A DNA stretch of 64,000 nucleotides, taken from the sequence record MH791411.1; one strand, given 5' to 3'. How positions within the stretch are numbered: the first letter of the stretch is position 1; each line of letters opens with the position of its first letter. The DNA comes from Escherichia phage Ecwhy_1. Of this stretch, positions 55,634-64,000 are shown piece after piece. Below the pieces are notes generated by a model. That model was given only the letters and a program-made list of their open reading frames with translations, ran no database searches and was not told where the DNA came from. The position numbers were made by a program, and so were the translations under genes.

Positions 55634-55714
55634 ATTGTTTATTCTCTATGACTATATTTATAGTATAAAGAAAAGGTTGACCGAAGTCAACCCTATTTTC
55701 ACTGTACTATACCA

Positions 55715-56011
55715 TTAGTAGTTACAGTCAGCTTTCGCTGTGAATGTTTTACTTTCACCTCGTTGTGTGGTGATTCGTCCGAGTAAAGTAGTTTTGTCAA
55801 TAGTCATTGTAGTTAGTACTGGAACATTACCTTCAAAGTCAATAGCTTTGAAATTGTAGGTGGTTTCATTCTCCACTACACTTGGACCAAAGAGTTCATA
55901 TGTGTTGATTTCAAGTGTGTCACCATCTGAACGCAACAGTGTGCAGTCCAGATTAGGAGTAGCCAGTACTGGGAAAGCCAAAAACATCATCATTACAATA
56001 ATTAATTTCAT
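55715..56011 (-). CDS. secreted protein (98 aa), predicted signal peptide
   Basis: N-terminus MKLIIVMMMFLAFPVLA; SD CAGGAG. Confidence 0.6.
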   Translation of the reverse strand: MKLIIVMMMFLAFPVLATPNLDCTLLRSDGDTLEINTYELFGPSVVENETTYNFKAIDFEGNVPVLTTMTIDKTTLLGRITTQRGESKTFTAKADCNY

Positions 56012-56271
56012 TTCACTTCTCCTGTTTTTTTCTTAGGATCAACCAATGACCAAATGAAGAATCCGAGAATTACAAGTACCCACAGAATCATGATAAAGAA
56101 AGCGAACAGTACAATAGTGTTTGTCAAAAAGAAATACAATAGAATGTTCGACCCAATACTACATACAATCAATGCAGCTTCATGTTTAACAACACGAATG
56201 GCTGTAATGAGTGCAGGAAGAAATCCGACAAATAACAGTACTAACGCATATAGTGATAATGTTTCAGCCAT
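56008..56271 (-). CDS. small membrane protein (87 aa)
   Basis: Hydrophobic helices; SD AAGGGATATC. Confidence 0.55.
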   Translation of the reverse strand: MAETLSLYALVLLFVGFLPALITAIRVVKHEAALIVCSIGSNILLYFFLTNTIVLFAFFIMILWVLVILGFFIWSLVDPKKKTGEVK

Positions 56272-56480
56272 GATATCCCTTATTTGGTTTGTTCAAAACT
56301 AGGTGTATTGATATAGGTGTCAATTGAATAACATACTGTACCCACTACAACAGCAGCGATTAGGGCAGCGATGATGAATTTAGTACCTTGCATAATTTAA
56401 TACCTCACGTTGTTTGTATTTTGTATCACTTGATGAAAATATTATACGACAAAGGGCTGACTGAAGTCAACCCCTTTTAA

Positions 56481-56864
56481 TTATTTTTTAAACTTATGTT
56501 TTTCGCCTTCAATAGAGTTCACGATGTCATCATGAATCTTGCGAAGGTTATGAGTTTTCTTTAGTGCTTCATGTAGTGCACGGAATGCTGCGTGTACTGT
56601 TGCCTTGAAGTGCTCTTTAGGAGTCACTTTAAGTTTCTCAATGATATCACGTACATAAATTGGATGATCTTCAAATACACGATTCAATTCATGGCCTAGT
56701 GATTCTAAACTGAAAGCTTTTTCGCGTGAAGGACGATCATGTGCAAGACTTTGGTCAGGCTTTAGTAGACCTAGTGAATCAAGATACTTATGCTTATGTG
56801 CATTATCAATTCCAGAAATATCCACATCATGCGATGGATCTTTCTTATTCCATTTATCAACCAT
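56481..56864 (-). CDS. hypothetical protein (127 aa), related to N-terminal part of 54122-55633
   Basis: Shared Y-x-(N/D)-SLGLL motif; SD AAGGAGTATG. Confidence 0.6.
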   Translation of the reverse strand: MVDKWNKKDPSHDVDISGIDNAHKHKYLDSLGLLKPDQSLAHDRPSREKAFSLESLGHELNRVFEDHPIYVRDIIEKLKVTPKEHFKATVHAAFRALHEALKKTHNLRKIHDDIVNSIEGEKHKFKK

Positions 56865-56975
56865 TTCATACTCCTTAAAGAGATAAATTACTTTAATATT
56901 TATACTTCATGTGCTGTTTATTTCAACAGACACTTAAGATTATATCACATATGAAATGGTTGTTCCAAAGTCAAA

Positions 56976-57419
56976 TCAGTACTGTTTAAGTTCTGAACTG
57001 AAGATAAAGGAATCCATATCTTCTAGTGTTAACTTCAAGTTCGGTGTGTACTTTAATATCACACATTCAGGTTTCTTAATGGCAGCTTGATAGGCAGCAA
57101 TTGCCAACTGTTGAAGCTGCTCTGGTGTGTAGTTCATGCGTTCTGCATTGAATACGATGTTCTTAATATCACCACCTGGCAGCTTCTCAAACTCACGCAT
57201 AACAGCAGCCATCACATCATCAGATGTATTCTTATAAGCCCAATGAGGTAGTTGCATAACGTCATAAATCTCGCCATTGTCGTTCATAAGAGAGATCCAT
57301 TTTTTACCGTCCGATGAACTAAACAGACGACCTTTAATAGCAATGTTCTCTACCAAATTAACAAAGGCAAATATGTCTTGCTCATTTAGTTCAATGCTAT
57401 TAACGTTAATCCAACCCAT
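56976..57419 (-). CDS. hypothetical protein (147 aa)
   Basis: Trimmed to MGWINV start with SD GGAG. Confidence 0.55.
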   Translation of the reverse strand: MGWINVNSIELNEQDIFAFVNLVENIAIKGRLFSSSDGKKWISLMNDNGEIYDVMQLPHWAYKNTSDDVMAAVMREFEKLPGGDIKNIVFNAERMNYTPEQLQQLAIAAYQAAIKKPECVILKYTPNLKLTLEDMDSFIFSSELKQY

Positions 57420-57432
57420 ACTACATCTCCAG

Positions 57433-58005
57433 TTATAAATCACGAACGACATTCATTAAACACAATTTGGGCTTTATCGCATTCAAAACCCATATGCATT
57501 CTTTGTAAGTTGCTATTATAGCATCTAAATGCTCAGTTACAATGCTTTCTTGAAAATATTCTTCTTCATTGAGCTTTGCTAAATTAGTCACATCACATGT
57601 AGGTACTATAGGTCTGGATTGTACACCCATTCCATTATTGATATTGGTAAAATGTAAAAAATTGTACTTCACCACACCGTTATCTACACTTATGATACAT
57701 GTCAAATGTTCCAACTCAGTTAGTTCGGTATTACAAGTGACATGAATGAATCCAGCATTATAGGCTCTATAATCATCTACTAATATCTCAAAATCATTAC
57801 GTTTAAATATAAGTGAAATGAGTTTGTCTTGTGGTTTAACCTTCTGAAATTTTACCGAATTTACGTATGATACTTTAATCTTAGATGAAATTATCTTTTT
57901 ACTAAGTGCAGTTAATTCTTCTTTAGCCTTAAAAGTTAAAGTTATAGGTCTAAATCTAGAACTTTTGTTCTTCTTTGATACTTTGAACTTACCTTTTCTA
58001 TTCAT
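57433..58005 (-). CDS. hypothetical basic protein (190 aa)
   Basis: ORF; terminator hairpin and SD upstream. Confidence 0.6.
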   Translation of the reverse strand: MNRKGKFKVSKKNKSSRFRPITLTFKAKEELTALSKKIISSKIKVSYVNSVKFQKVKPQDKLISLIFKRNDFEILVDDYRAYNAGFIHVTCNTELTELEHLTCIISVDNGVVKYNFLHFTNINNGMGVQSRPIVPTCDVTNLAKLNEEEYFQESIVTEHLDAIIATYKECIWVLNAIKPKLCLMNVVRDL

Positions 58006-58019
58006 TAATTAAACCCCAC

Positions 58020-58052
58020 ATAAAGTAAAAGGGTTGGAATAATACCAACCCT
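58020..58052 (-). terminator. intrinsic terminator
   Basis: Hairpin GGGTTGG-TATTATTCC-AACCC + TTTTACTTT on - strand. Confidence 0.5.
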
Positions 58053-58059
58053 ATATCTT

Positions 58060-58296
58060 TTATTTTTTAATAGATTCATAAAGCAGAAACAACCAAATAA
58101 ACATTGATGAACAAACTACTACTGGGATTAATGTAAATTCAGTAAAGAATAAAAGTATTCCATAAGTTAGTATGCAACATAAGTTTACGTACATAATTGC
58201 TTCTGCATTTTTATTTTTCATTTTATATGCAATGAATGTTGGTGACCACATTACCAAAAATGCAAACAACGCACATATGATGATTATAGTTTCCAT
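58060..58296 (-). CDS. small membrane protein (78 aa)
   Basis: Hydrophobic helices; SD GGAGGTG. Confidence 0.55.
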   Translation of the reverse strand: METIIIICALFAFLVMWSPTFIAYKMKNKNAEAIMYVNLCCILTYGILLFFTEFTLIPVVVCSSMFIWLFLLYESIKK

Positions 58297-58366
58297 ATTA
58301 CACCTCCGTAAAATAATGTTCTGTACTGCTATTATTTACAGAGAATATCTGAAAAATTGATCTAGA

Positions 58367-58591
58367 TCAATTTTTAGTCACTTTACAATTTGAATCTTTT
58401 TTGTACTGAACAATCACATTGTTCTTAAGGAAGATGATGGTCCCATAGGAACCTTGGGCTGCAACTTCAACAATATGGTTCTTATATGTTTCAGTATATC
58501 CTTCCATCTCGTTGATACACACTACATGATACTTTGGTTTAGCACATACAACAGTACTCAAGAATAGCAGTACTAGTACTAGATATTTCAT
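58367..58591 (-). CDS. secreted protein (74 aa), predicted signal peptide
   Basis: N-terminus MKYLVLVLLFLSTVVCA; SD AAGGTAATAA. Confidence 0.55.
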   Translation of the reverse strand: MKYLVLVLLFLSTVVCAKPKYHVVCINEMEGYTETYKNHIVEVAAQGSYGTIIFLKNNVIVQYKKDSNCKVTKN

Positions 58592-58641
58592 TTTATTACC
58601 TTATAAACAAGAACAGGAATCCTTTTACGGATTCCTATAAT

Positions 58642-58935
58642 TTAGTCCTTTAATGTACCATTGTGTAAACGATTATACACATCATTGCGACGCAACTCAA
58701 CAATATCTTCAGCGTACTTCATTGTAAACGCCCATGCTTTTGGATGCACATTAAGCTTCATACGAATGCGATTCTTCATCAATTCACCGCTTAGGCGAAC
58801 AAACTCATGAACACCACGACTTCCGTACTCTGAAATCAAATCATTGATGTACATGTTGCGAAGGGTTTCGTCTGTACATTCTTTAACCATTTCTACGTCT
58901 GCCACGATGCTTGCATTTACTGAAGTACTGATCAT
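58642..58935 (-). CDS. hypothetical protein (97 aa)
   Basis: ORF; SD AAGGTAAC. Confidence 0.55.
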   Translation of the reverse strand: MISTSVNASIVADVEMVKECTDETLRNMYINDLISEYGSRGVHEFVRLSGELMKNRIRMKLNVHPKAWAFTMKYAEDIVELRRNDVYNRLHNGTLKD

Positions 58936-58946
58936 TTTAAGTTACC

Positions 58947-59213
58947 TTATTTGAATTGGACTGTAATTTTATCACCTTCAACTACGAACTTACAGTCGTA
59001 GCGACGGGCCATATCCATATACATATGCTCAGAATACCACGGAACATCAATAACTGGATGCTCTGCGTATTGTAGCACTTCACGGTCACCAACAGTAGTG
59101 ATGACGAAAGGAATGTTCATCTCTCGCAAAAACAACTCGGCACCTGGTGAACGATTGACAAACTCAGTGTCGTTACGCAAAGTAAAACCATTGTATTGTA
59201 ATTTAAGCTTCAT
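58947..59213 (-). CDS. hypothetical protein (88 aa)
   Basis: ORF; SD AGAGGATAATC. Confidence 0.55.
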   Translation of the reverse strand: MKLKLQYNGFTLRNDTEFVNRSPGAELFLREMNIPFVITTVGDREVLQYAEHPVIDVPWYSEHMYMDMARRYDCKFVVEGDKITVQFK

Positions 59214-59227
59214 GATTATCCTCTAAG

Positions 59228-59572
59228 TTAATACCATTCTTTTAAACCATCAAGTTCGGCTATGTGAGTAATTATAACACAGATAACACTCAGGTCAAGC
59301 ATTATTTGCTCATAATTTAATTTTATTCTATCATCACTGTATGCTCTAAAAACAACATCAAAGTCAAAGTAGTTATCGTTTTCATCATTCATTGGAATGA
59401 TTCTATATCTACGTCTACCATCATCATTGAATACAGTCAAACATTGTTTGAATTTCTTCATTAACTGTGTAGTCAATGCATTGTAATATGCAACATCATA
59501 TTGTGTACAACGTGGGTCATTGGGTAGATAAAACGATACAAATTTTTTTAATTCTATTTGAGTCTTATCCAT
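59228..59572 (-). CDS. hypothetical protein (about 114 aa)
   Basis: Trimmed to MDKTQI start with SD GAGG. Confidence 0.5.
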   Translation of the reverse strand: MDKTQIELKKFVSFYLPNDPRCTQYDVAYYNALTTQLMKKFKQCLTVFNDDGRRRYRIIPMNDENDNYFDFDVVFRAYSDDRIKLNYEQIMLDLSVICVIITHIAELDGLKEWY

Positions 59573-60005
59573 ATACAGCCTCATGTATTACTCTTTTACT
59601 TTGGCGGTACTCATCCTTTGCTTCTCTCACTGACATGATACGAACCAGATTGGCACTACCACAATAGTACTGAACCTGACTACGACCAATGTCAACATGA
59701 TTATCAGGAACTTCATATACTGATACAGCAAACCCTGCACGATGTAATTTACCCAAGTCCATAGTAAAGAACTTAAACAAATCATTCAAACTCTGACAGC
59801 CAAATGCCCAGCCACGTTTGATTGAATAGATTCCATCTTCAGTTGGTTCTGGTTGGAATTGCGAAGGCGTGGTCATGCACAAACGGTCAAATCCATTTTT
59901 AGTACTGTATCGTGAAGAGTACCGTGCGAACGGCCCTACTGTTTTTGCTGGATCTAAGTTAGGTTCAATATAACTGAATTTAAGTTCAAAACGATATACG
60001 TACAT
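59565..60005 (-). CDS. hypothetical protein (146 aa)
   Basis: ORF; SD GGGGATTTTAAT; terminator-promoter hairpin upstream. Confidence 0.6.
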   Translation of the reverse strand: MYVYRFELKFSYIEPNLDPAKTVGPFARYSSRYSTKNGFDRLCMTTPSQFQPEPTEDGIYSIKRGWAFGCQSLNDLFKFFTMDLGKLHRAGFAVSVYEVPDNHVDIGRSQVQYYCGSANLVRIMSVREAKDEYRQSKRVIHEAVYG

Positions 60006-60060
60006 AATTAAAATCCCCAGTAGTTGATGAAATAATTATAACAAAAAAGGTTGACCGAAG

Positions 60061-60252
60061 TCAACCTTTATTTTGAAGTTCTTGAACTAATTGTCGTACT
60101 TCTTTGATGTTATGACACTGCTTTACAGTGAAGTAATCATACTTACGACCATAGGTTCTTGGATCATCACCTTCCATATACTGCTGCACATCAAAGATTT
60201 GTAAGTAGGGATGCTGCATAACACGAATGTTACCACATTGATAAATCAACAT
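60061..60252 (-). CDS. hypothetical small protein (about 63 aa)
   Basis: Track ORF begins at a GTG; trimmed to ATG with SD GAGGA. Confidence 0.45.
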   Translation of the reverse strand: MLIYQCGNIRVMQHPYLQIFDVQQYMEGDDPRTYGRKYDYFTVKQCHNIKEVRQLVQELQNKG

Positions 60253-60256
60253 ATGT

Positions 60257-60607
60257 TTAGTCCTCATATTTACACAAGCCACCGAATGTTGCCTGTTTTG
60301 CTGCCTTACGCATCATCACAAGTTTAACATACTGTTCGCCATTACTTTCTTCATATACATCAACTTGAAGAAATGCAAGCATATTGGGATCAGTATCGTT
60401 CGAGTACTGCGTAAAACTAATGTCACCTACAGTATGTTCTTTAACAAAATTATACACTTCACCATCGATATAAACGATAGTATGGTCATCGCTATCACCT
60501 TGGTAAATGTGTTTAATATCACCTTCAGTACAGACTAGTCCAGGTAATGGTTCTGCATAAGACATACCACATATAATCATACAAACAAAAAACAAAATTA
60601 CTTTCAT
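60257..60607 (-). CDS. secreted protein (116 aa), predicted signal peptide
   Basis: N-terminus MKVILFFVCMIICGMSYA; SD AAAGGAAAC. Confidence 0.6.
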   Translation of the reverse strand: MKVILFFVCMIICGMSYAEPLPGLVCTEGDIKHIYQGDSDDHTIVYIDGEVYNFVKEHTVGDISFTQYSNDTDPNMLAFLQVDVYEESNGEQYVKLVMMRKAAKQATFGGLCKYED

Positions 60608-60987
60608 GATTTGTTTCCTTTGGATAAAATGGATTTCTTCACTTTGTACTGCTTGTAGTTATTATACCAAACATCGATTACATAAATCAAGTACCAAAGT
60701 GATGGATATAATGATAGACCAATAAAAACTGAAAAAATACTTGTATTAATAAAACCAATACAGTGCAGTGTAAATGCAACGATTAGAATACCAATCGTAA
60801 TCATACTAGCTGAATATGGTACGCTATCAGATGCGAACCATGAATCAACCTTACTAATTAAAGTATACTTCCCAGTACTAACAGCATAAACAATTGCTAC
60901 TATACCAAATAATGCCATTGAAATAGTTATTACTGAGTTAATAAGAATCGGAGTAATTAATACATAAAGCATTACATCGTTTATCAT
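60604..60987 (-). CDS. small polytopic membrane protein (127 aa)
   Basis: Hydrophobic helices; SD AAGGTATAAC. Confidence 0.6.
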   Translation of the reverse strand: MINDVMLYVLITPILINSVITISMALFGIVAIVYAVSTGKYTLISKVDSWFASDSVPYSASMITIGILIVAFTLHCIGFINTSIFSVFIGLSLYPSLWYLIYVIDVWYNNYKQYKVKKSILSKGNKS

Positions 60988-60997
60988 TTGTTATACC

Positions 60998-61363
60998 TTA
61001 AAGTTCACAATGAATATTCAATTTATCAATATCCTGATCGCGTTTGTTCGACGAATCTTGATAAATGACTATGTAAATATCCCCATCCTTTGTCTTGGGG
61101 TCCACTATCAATATTACATTTGCTATTATACCAGCATCTGATTTATATGTCGATACCTTTTTATTCCCAATCAAACTCTCGGCCCTGAAACGGTAAACCT
61201 CATTATCTACGACAATATTGTTTCCATTTTGTGGGTCATTAGAAAGTACATGCCATGTTCCATCGTTTCCCATACAATCAAGGTAAGCAGGTACGGCTGT
61301 ACTGAACCTTGAATAAAGCATGAATACTACAAACACCATTATCATTCTTATATATTTTTTCAT
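60998..61363 (-). CDS. secreted protein (about 121 aa), predicted signal peptide
   Basis: Trimmed to MKKYIRMIMVFVVF start with SD AGAGG. Confidence 0.55.
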   Translation of the reverse strand: MKKYIRMIMVFVVFMLYSRFSTAVPAYLDCMGNDGTWHVLSNDPQNGNNIVVDNEVYRFRAESLIGNKKVSTYKSDAGIIANVILIVDPKTKDGDIYIVIYQDSSNKRDQDIDKLNIHCEL

Positions 61364-61441
61364 TATAACCTCTAACGAGCAATACTTCTGCACATATTAT
61401 TTGTACAGAAGTATTTAATACTATTAGAGACTTTTTGAACG

Positions 61442-61768
61442 TTACTTCTTACTAGTTAGTTTATCTTTCAAGATATCAAACCAAATGGAAACTTTACCAG
61501 CAAACAATGCATTAGTAAACCACACAATACCAACAATGTTCTCAACTAAATTCATAATTGAAACAAATGGTCCAATTGGTAATACAAAACTTACTAACCA
61601 TGACAGTACTGAAATAAGTACTACAACGAAGAAGATTCGTACAATGGGTGAGTCTAACATAAACAACTCACGAAACTCATCACGCTCGGTTTCGTCTTTA
61701 ATGAAGAATTCGAAAACCATAACCCATAACAGAATTAGAGCAGGAATTGAAATTAGAACTGATAACAT
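61442..61768 (-). CDS. small polytopic membrane protein (108 aa)
   Basis: Hydrophobic helices; SD GAGGATATAA. Confidence 0.6.
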   Translation of the reverse strand: MLSVLISIPALILLWVMVFEFFIKDETERDEFRELFMLDSPIVRIFFVVVLISVLSWLVSFVLPIGPFVSIMNLVENIVGIVWFTNALFAGKVSIWFDILKDKLTSKK

Positions 61769-61826
61769 GTTTTATATCCTCAAGTTTAAGTGTTAAGTTT
61801 CAGACTACAAGAACCATTATACAGTA

Positions 61827-62069
61827 CTACAAACGTTTGTCAACAGGTTTTTCTTCAATAAGCATAAGATAACTGAAGACGAATAGTAATACAGATGCCA
61901 TATCAATAACCGTAAAGCTCACGGGAATGATAATAGACACTAGAATGAGTGCCACGTTTAGCAAGAATACAGTAGTGATATCCACCAGCTTTCGTTTAGT
62001 GGCTACTGCTACTAGTGTAGGGTAGAACATAAACAATAATGCAACTACAAAACTCAATACTAGATACAT
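61827..62069 (-). CDS. small membrane protein (80 aa)
   Basis: Hydrophobic helices; SD AAGGTGAAAA. Confidence 0.55.
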   Translation of the reverse strand: MYLVLSFVVALLFMFYPTLVAVATKRKLVDITTVFLLNVALILVSIIIPVSFTVIDMASVLLFVFSYLMLIEEKPVDKRL

Positions 62070-62722
62070 TTCTTTTTCACCTTAAGAAAATTATAACATA
62101 AAACAACCTCAACATCTGGCTCATCATACAAGTACTCAAAGCGTTCTTTACTACGCTTAGTACCGATGTACTCACCATTCTTATGCCAACGCCACCCACC
62201 ACTCTCTGGTTGGTCAGACTTCAGTACTGGATGATAGCACATGACAATTTCTTCTGGACCTTCAATAAGGTTCTTGTACTTCGTCAAAATCTGTTCAAGC
62301 GTATCTGCTACACCATAAGACGAGTGCATAAGATAAGACTCAGGACGTGGACGACCACTTGGTAGAATGTCATCAGTACTATTAAAGATAGCACGGAAGT
62401 CTTCTGACGTGTATAAACTTCCATCTTCATGGATCATTGGATACTCATCTACTACATCATAATCAGTGAAGTGTTCAATCGCATGTCCTGGTCTGTAACC
62501 TGCGAGGATACCTGTATGTTTCGTCTGTACAATAGTCATAACAGATGTACTATTGTTTACATTAGGATCATGAATTTCAGCCCAAAAAGGATGATGAGGA
62601 TCAAATTTAGCATTAACTAAAGTACAATCACCAATGTAGTCGAAATTAGTTTCTTTAAAGTTCAAAGAAACACCACGCAATGCCCAATCAGGAGAAGTGA
62701 TGAAATTAAGATTAACTAACAT
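62060..62722 (-). CDS. hypothetical protein (220 aa)
   Basis: ORF; SD GAGGATAC; TTGACA..GATATAAT upstream. Confidence 0.65.
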   Translation of the reverse strand: MLVNLNFITSPDWALRGVSLNFKETNFDYIGDCTLVNAKFDPHHPFWAEIHDPNVNNSTSVMTIVQTKHTGILAGYRPGHAIEHFTDYDVVDEYPMIHEDGSLYTSEDFRAIFNSTDDILPSGRPRPESYLMHSSYGVADTLEQILTKYKNLIEGPEEIVMCYHPVLKSDQPESGGWRWHKNGEYIGTKRSKERFEYLYDEPDVEVVLCYNFLKVKKKCI

Positions 62723-62756
62723 AGTATCCTCAGTTGCGGTTGTTTTGATACAGTTA

Positions 62757-62969
62757 TTATATCAAAGACGTGTCAATTTGTACAACATTTATTGTAACTA
62801 TTTCGTACATAAAATCAATTGCATTGAACTCTGCATACCACTCTACAATCTCACAAGCAGCATCAACTTGGTTTTTCGCATTAACACGTCTGGCATAGGT
62901 GCTGCTCATTTTGAATCTACCATATTCATAGACATTGTAGACACCATGACACCACCACATCTTAGTCAT
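62757..62969 (-). CDS. hypothetical small protein (about 70 aa)
   Basis: Trimmed to MTKMWW start overlapping stop of upstream gene. Confidence 0.4.
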   Translation of the reverse strand: MTKMWWCHGVYNVYEYGRFKMSSTYARRVNAKNQVDAACEIVEWYAEFNAIDFMYEIVTINVVQIDTSLI

Positions 62970-63180
62970 TAATGCTAGGCCATACAGTGAATTGTAAGTC
63001 TTGGTATTCAAATTTACCAATATCATTCTTCTTACGGAATGATTCTTCAACCTGAATTTCTGCGTCGTACTGACCATCGGCCTTTACTACGTACTTAAAA
63101 TATTCTACATGTGAAAAACGATACCCTTCTCCGTCTTGCTTGGATACTTGTACTGACCCTTCAACTAGATATAAATTCAT
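62962..63180 (-). CDS. hypothetical protein (72 aa)
   Basis: ORF; SD GGAGAATGAC. Confidence 0.55.
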   Translation of the reverse strand: MNLYLVEGSVQVSKQDGEGYRFSHVEYFKYVVKADGQYDAEIQVEESFRKKNDIGKFEYQDLQFTVWPSIND

Positions 63181-63183
63181 TTG

Positions 63184-63405
63184 TCATTCTCCATCATATT
63201 CAGTGAGTATTACACTATGTACTGTTTCAATATAGCGTTGTGTTTTTGGTGTGTTGTACTTAGTTACTTCATCAAACAATTTAAATAGTGCATGTGTTGG
63301 ACTTAATGCACGAACAAATACATCAATCTTCTGTACTTCTTTCTTATAACCACGTACATTATTAAACTCAGATACATGCTCATACACAATGTAGTAACGA
63401 TTCAT
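63184..63405 (-). CDS. hypothetical protein (73 aa)
   Basis: ORF; ATGA overlap with upstream gene. Confidence 0.55.
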   Translation of the reverse strand: MNRYYIVYEHVSEFNNVRGYKKEVQKIDVFVRALSPTHALFKLFDEVTKYNTPKTQRYIETVHSVILTEYDGE

Positions 63406-63917
63406 ATATTAAGTAGTTCCATAAATTCATCGATCAAGGAAGTTCTAATGCACATAACAAATTCAAAATCAACATCGATAGTATCGAGTAGTTTGAACAA
63501 CTTTGGTACATTTGGATCATTCAACTGGAAGTTATGAATCAAGCTCTGTTGAAACACACTTTCTTCAGTACTGTAATCAATAACAAAATATTCAGCTACA
63601 CCTGGAGGTGAATAAACATCATATAATATCTGACGTTTATTGTGTGTTTCTGAACCAGGACAATATATAAGTTCTATTTCATACGAACCTGCCGAGGATC
63701 TATCATAAAACACAATCTCAGTACTAGTTATTTCACTACCATCACTTCTTTCATAAAAACATACATCGGCATATCGTTTACCATTGGGCTTCAAGATCTC
63801 ATGAGTTGTTTTACCATAACATTTATCAGTTTCAATGTGTACTTTGCCTTGATATTCAGAACGTCTTACATCATTTCCACGATTAAACAATATGTTCAAC
63901 AACTCATTAATATCCAT
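63402..63917 (-). CDS. hypothetical protein (171 aa)
   Basis: ORF; SD GAGGCGAAATA. Confidence 0.6.
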   Translation of the reverse strand: MDINELLNILFNRGNDVRRSEYQGKVHIETDKCYGKTTHEILKPNGKRYADVCFYERSDGSEITSTEIVFYDRSSAGSYEIELIYCPGSETHNKRQILYDVYSPPGVAEYFVIDYSTEESVFQQSLIHNFQLNDPNVPKLFKLLDTIDVDFEFVMCIRTSLIDEFMELLNI

Positions 63918-63918
63918 T

Positions 63919-64000
63919 ATTTCGCCTCGATAACCTTAAGGTTAACAAAATCACCTTTTACTTTCATACATTTGAATTCAGTGCGTGTTTCATCACCACT
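63919..64000 (-). CDS. 3' end of a gene running off the window (partial)
   Basis: Open frame to window edge, stop overlapping downstream ATG (TAATG). Confidence 0.3.

Noticed and set aside
62060-62722. ADP-ribosyltransferase (Alt/Mod-like) call for the 220-aa protein
   Set aside because: I could not identify the catalytic motifs from sequence alone; left as hypothetical.
44655-62972. Plus-strand track ORFs in the right arm (44655-44843, 45428-45888, 46644-46868, 48402-48587, 49178-49393, 49934-50146, 50221-50424, 50964-51242, 53454-53693, 54592-55214, 54965-55195, 56054-56302, 58172-58360, 59476-59667, 61485-61796, 62183-62620, 62697-62972)
   Set aside because: All overlap better-supported - strand genes and lack SD sites.
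1-64000. Integrase, transposase, IS element or prophage boundary
   Set aside because: No recombinase-like ORF, no terminal inverted repeats around a transposase, and no attachment-site-like duplication at a tRNA; the repeats seen are promoter and terminator modules.

Overview
This 64-kb window looks like an accessory region of a large virulent tailed phage (AT-rich, E. coli-type sigma70 promoters and Shine-Dalgarno sites, a clear T4 denV homolog); the phage/host assignment is inference. Nothing here was searched against a database: all calls rest on reading the sequence and the ORF track. Layout: (i) 1-20184, about 55 short leftward genes, most with their own TTGACA/TTGCAT-N17-TATAAT promoter followed by a G-rich 5'UTR hairpin and an SD; (ii) 20185-22166, a 2-kb non-coding region rich in repeats and outward-facing promoters; (iii) 22167-26774, a leftward operon of about 21 tandem paralogous small genes (59-77 aa); (iv) 26881-42136, a rightward array of 12 paralogous RCC1-like beta-propeller genes, all starting MLPF(V/A)R(M/L)(F/V)(D/K)YGN, one of them frameshifted; (v) 42173-64000, leftward genes including tandem arrays of small polytopic membrane proteins (7 + 3), a P-loop NTPase, denV, two short kinase-like proteins and many small secreted or membrane proteins. 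The two paralog arrays are the strongest candidates for an undescribed diversifying system. I found no rRNA, tRNA, CRISPR, integrase or transposase. Many track ORFs carry spurious N-terminal extensions (MYNVLHREG..., MFYIERGK..., MVLPG...) from reading through the promoter/hairpin, so I trimmed them to the ATG with an SD; trimmed coordinates and small ORFs absent from the track are approximate (+/- a few nt).
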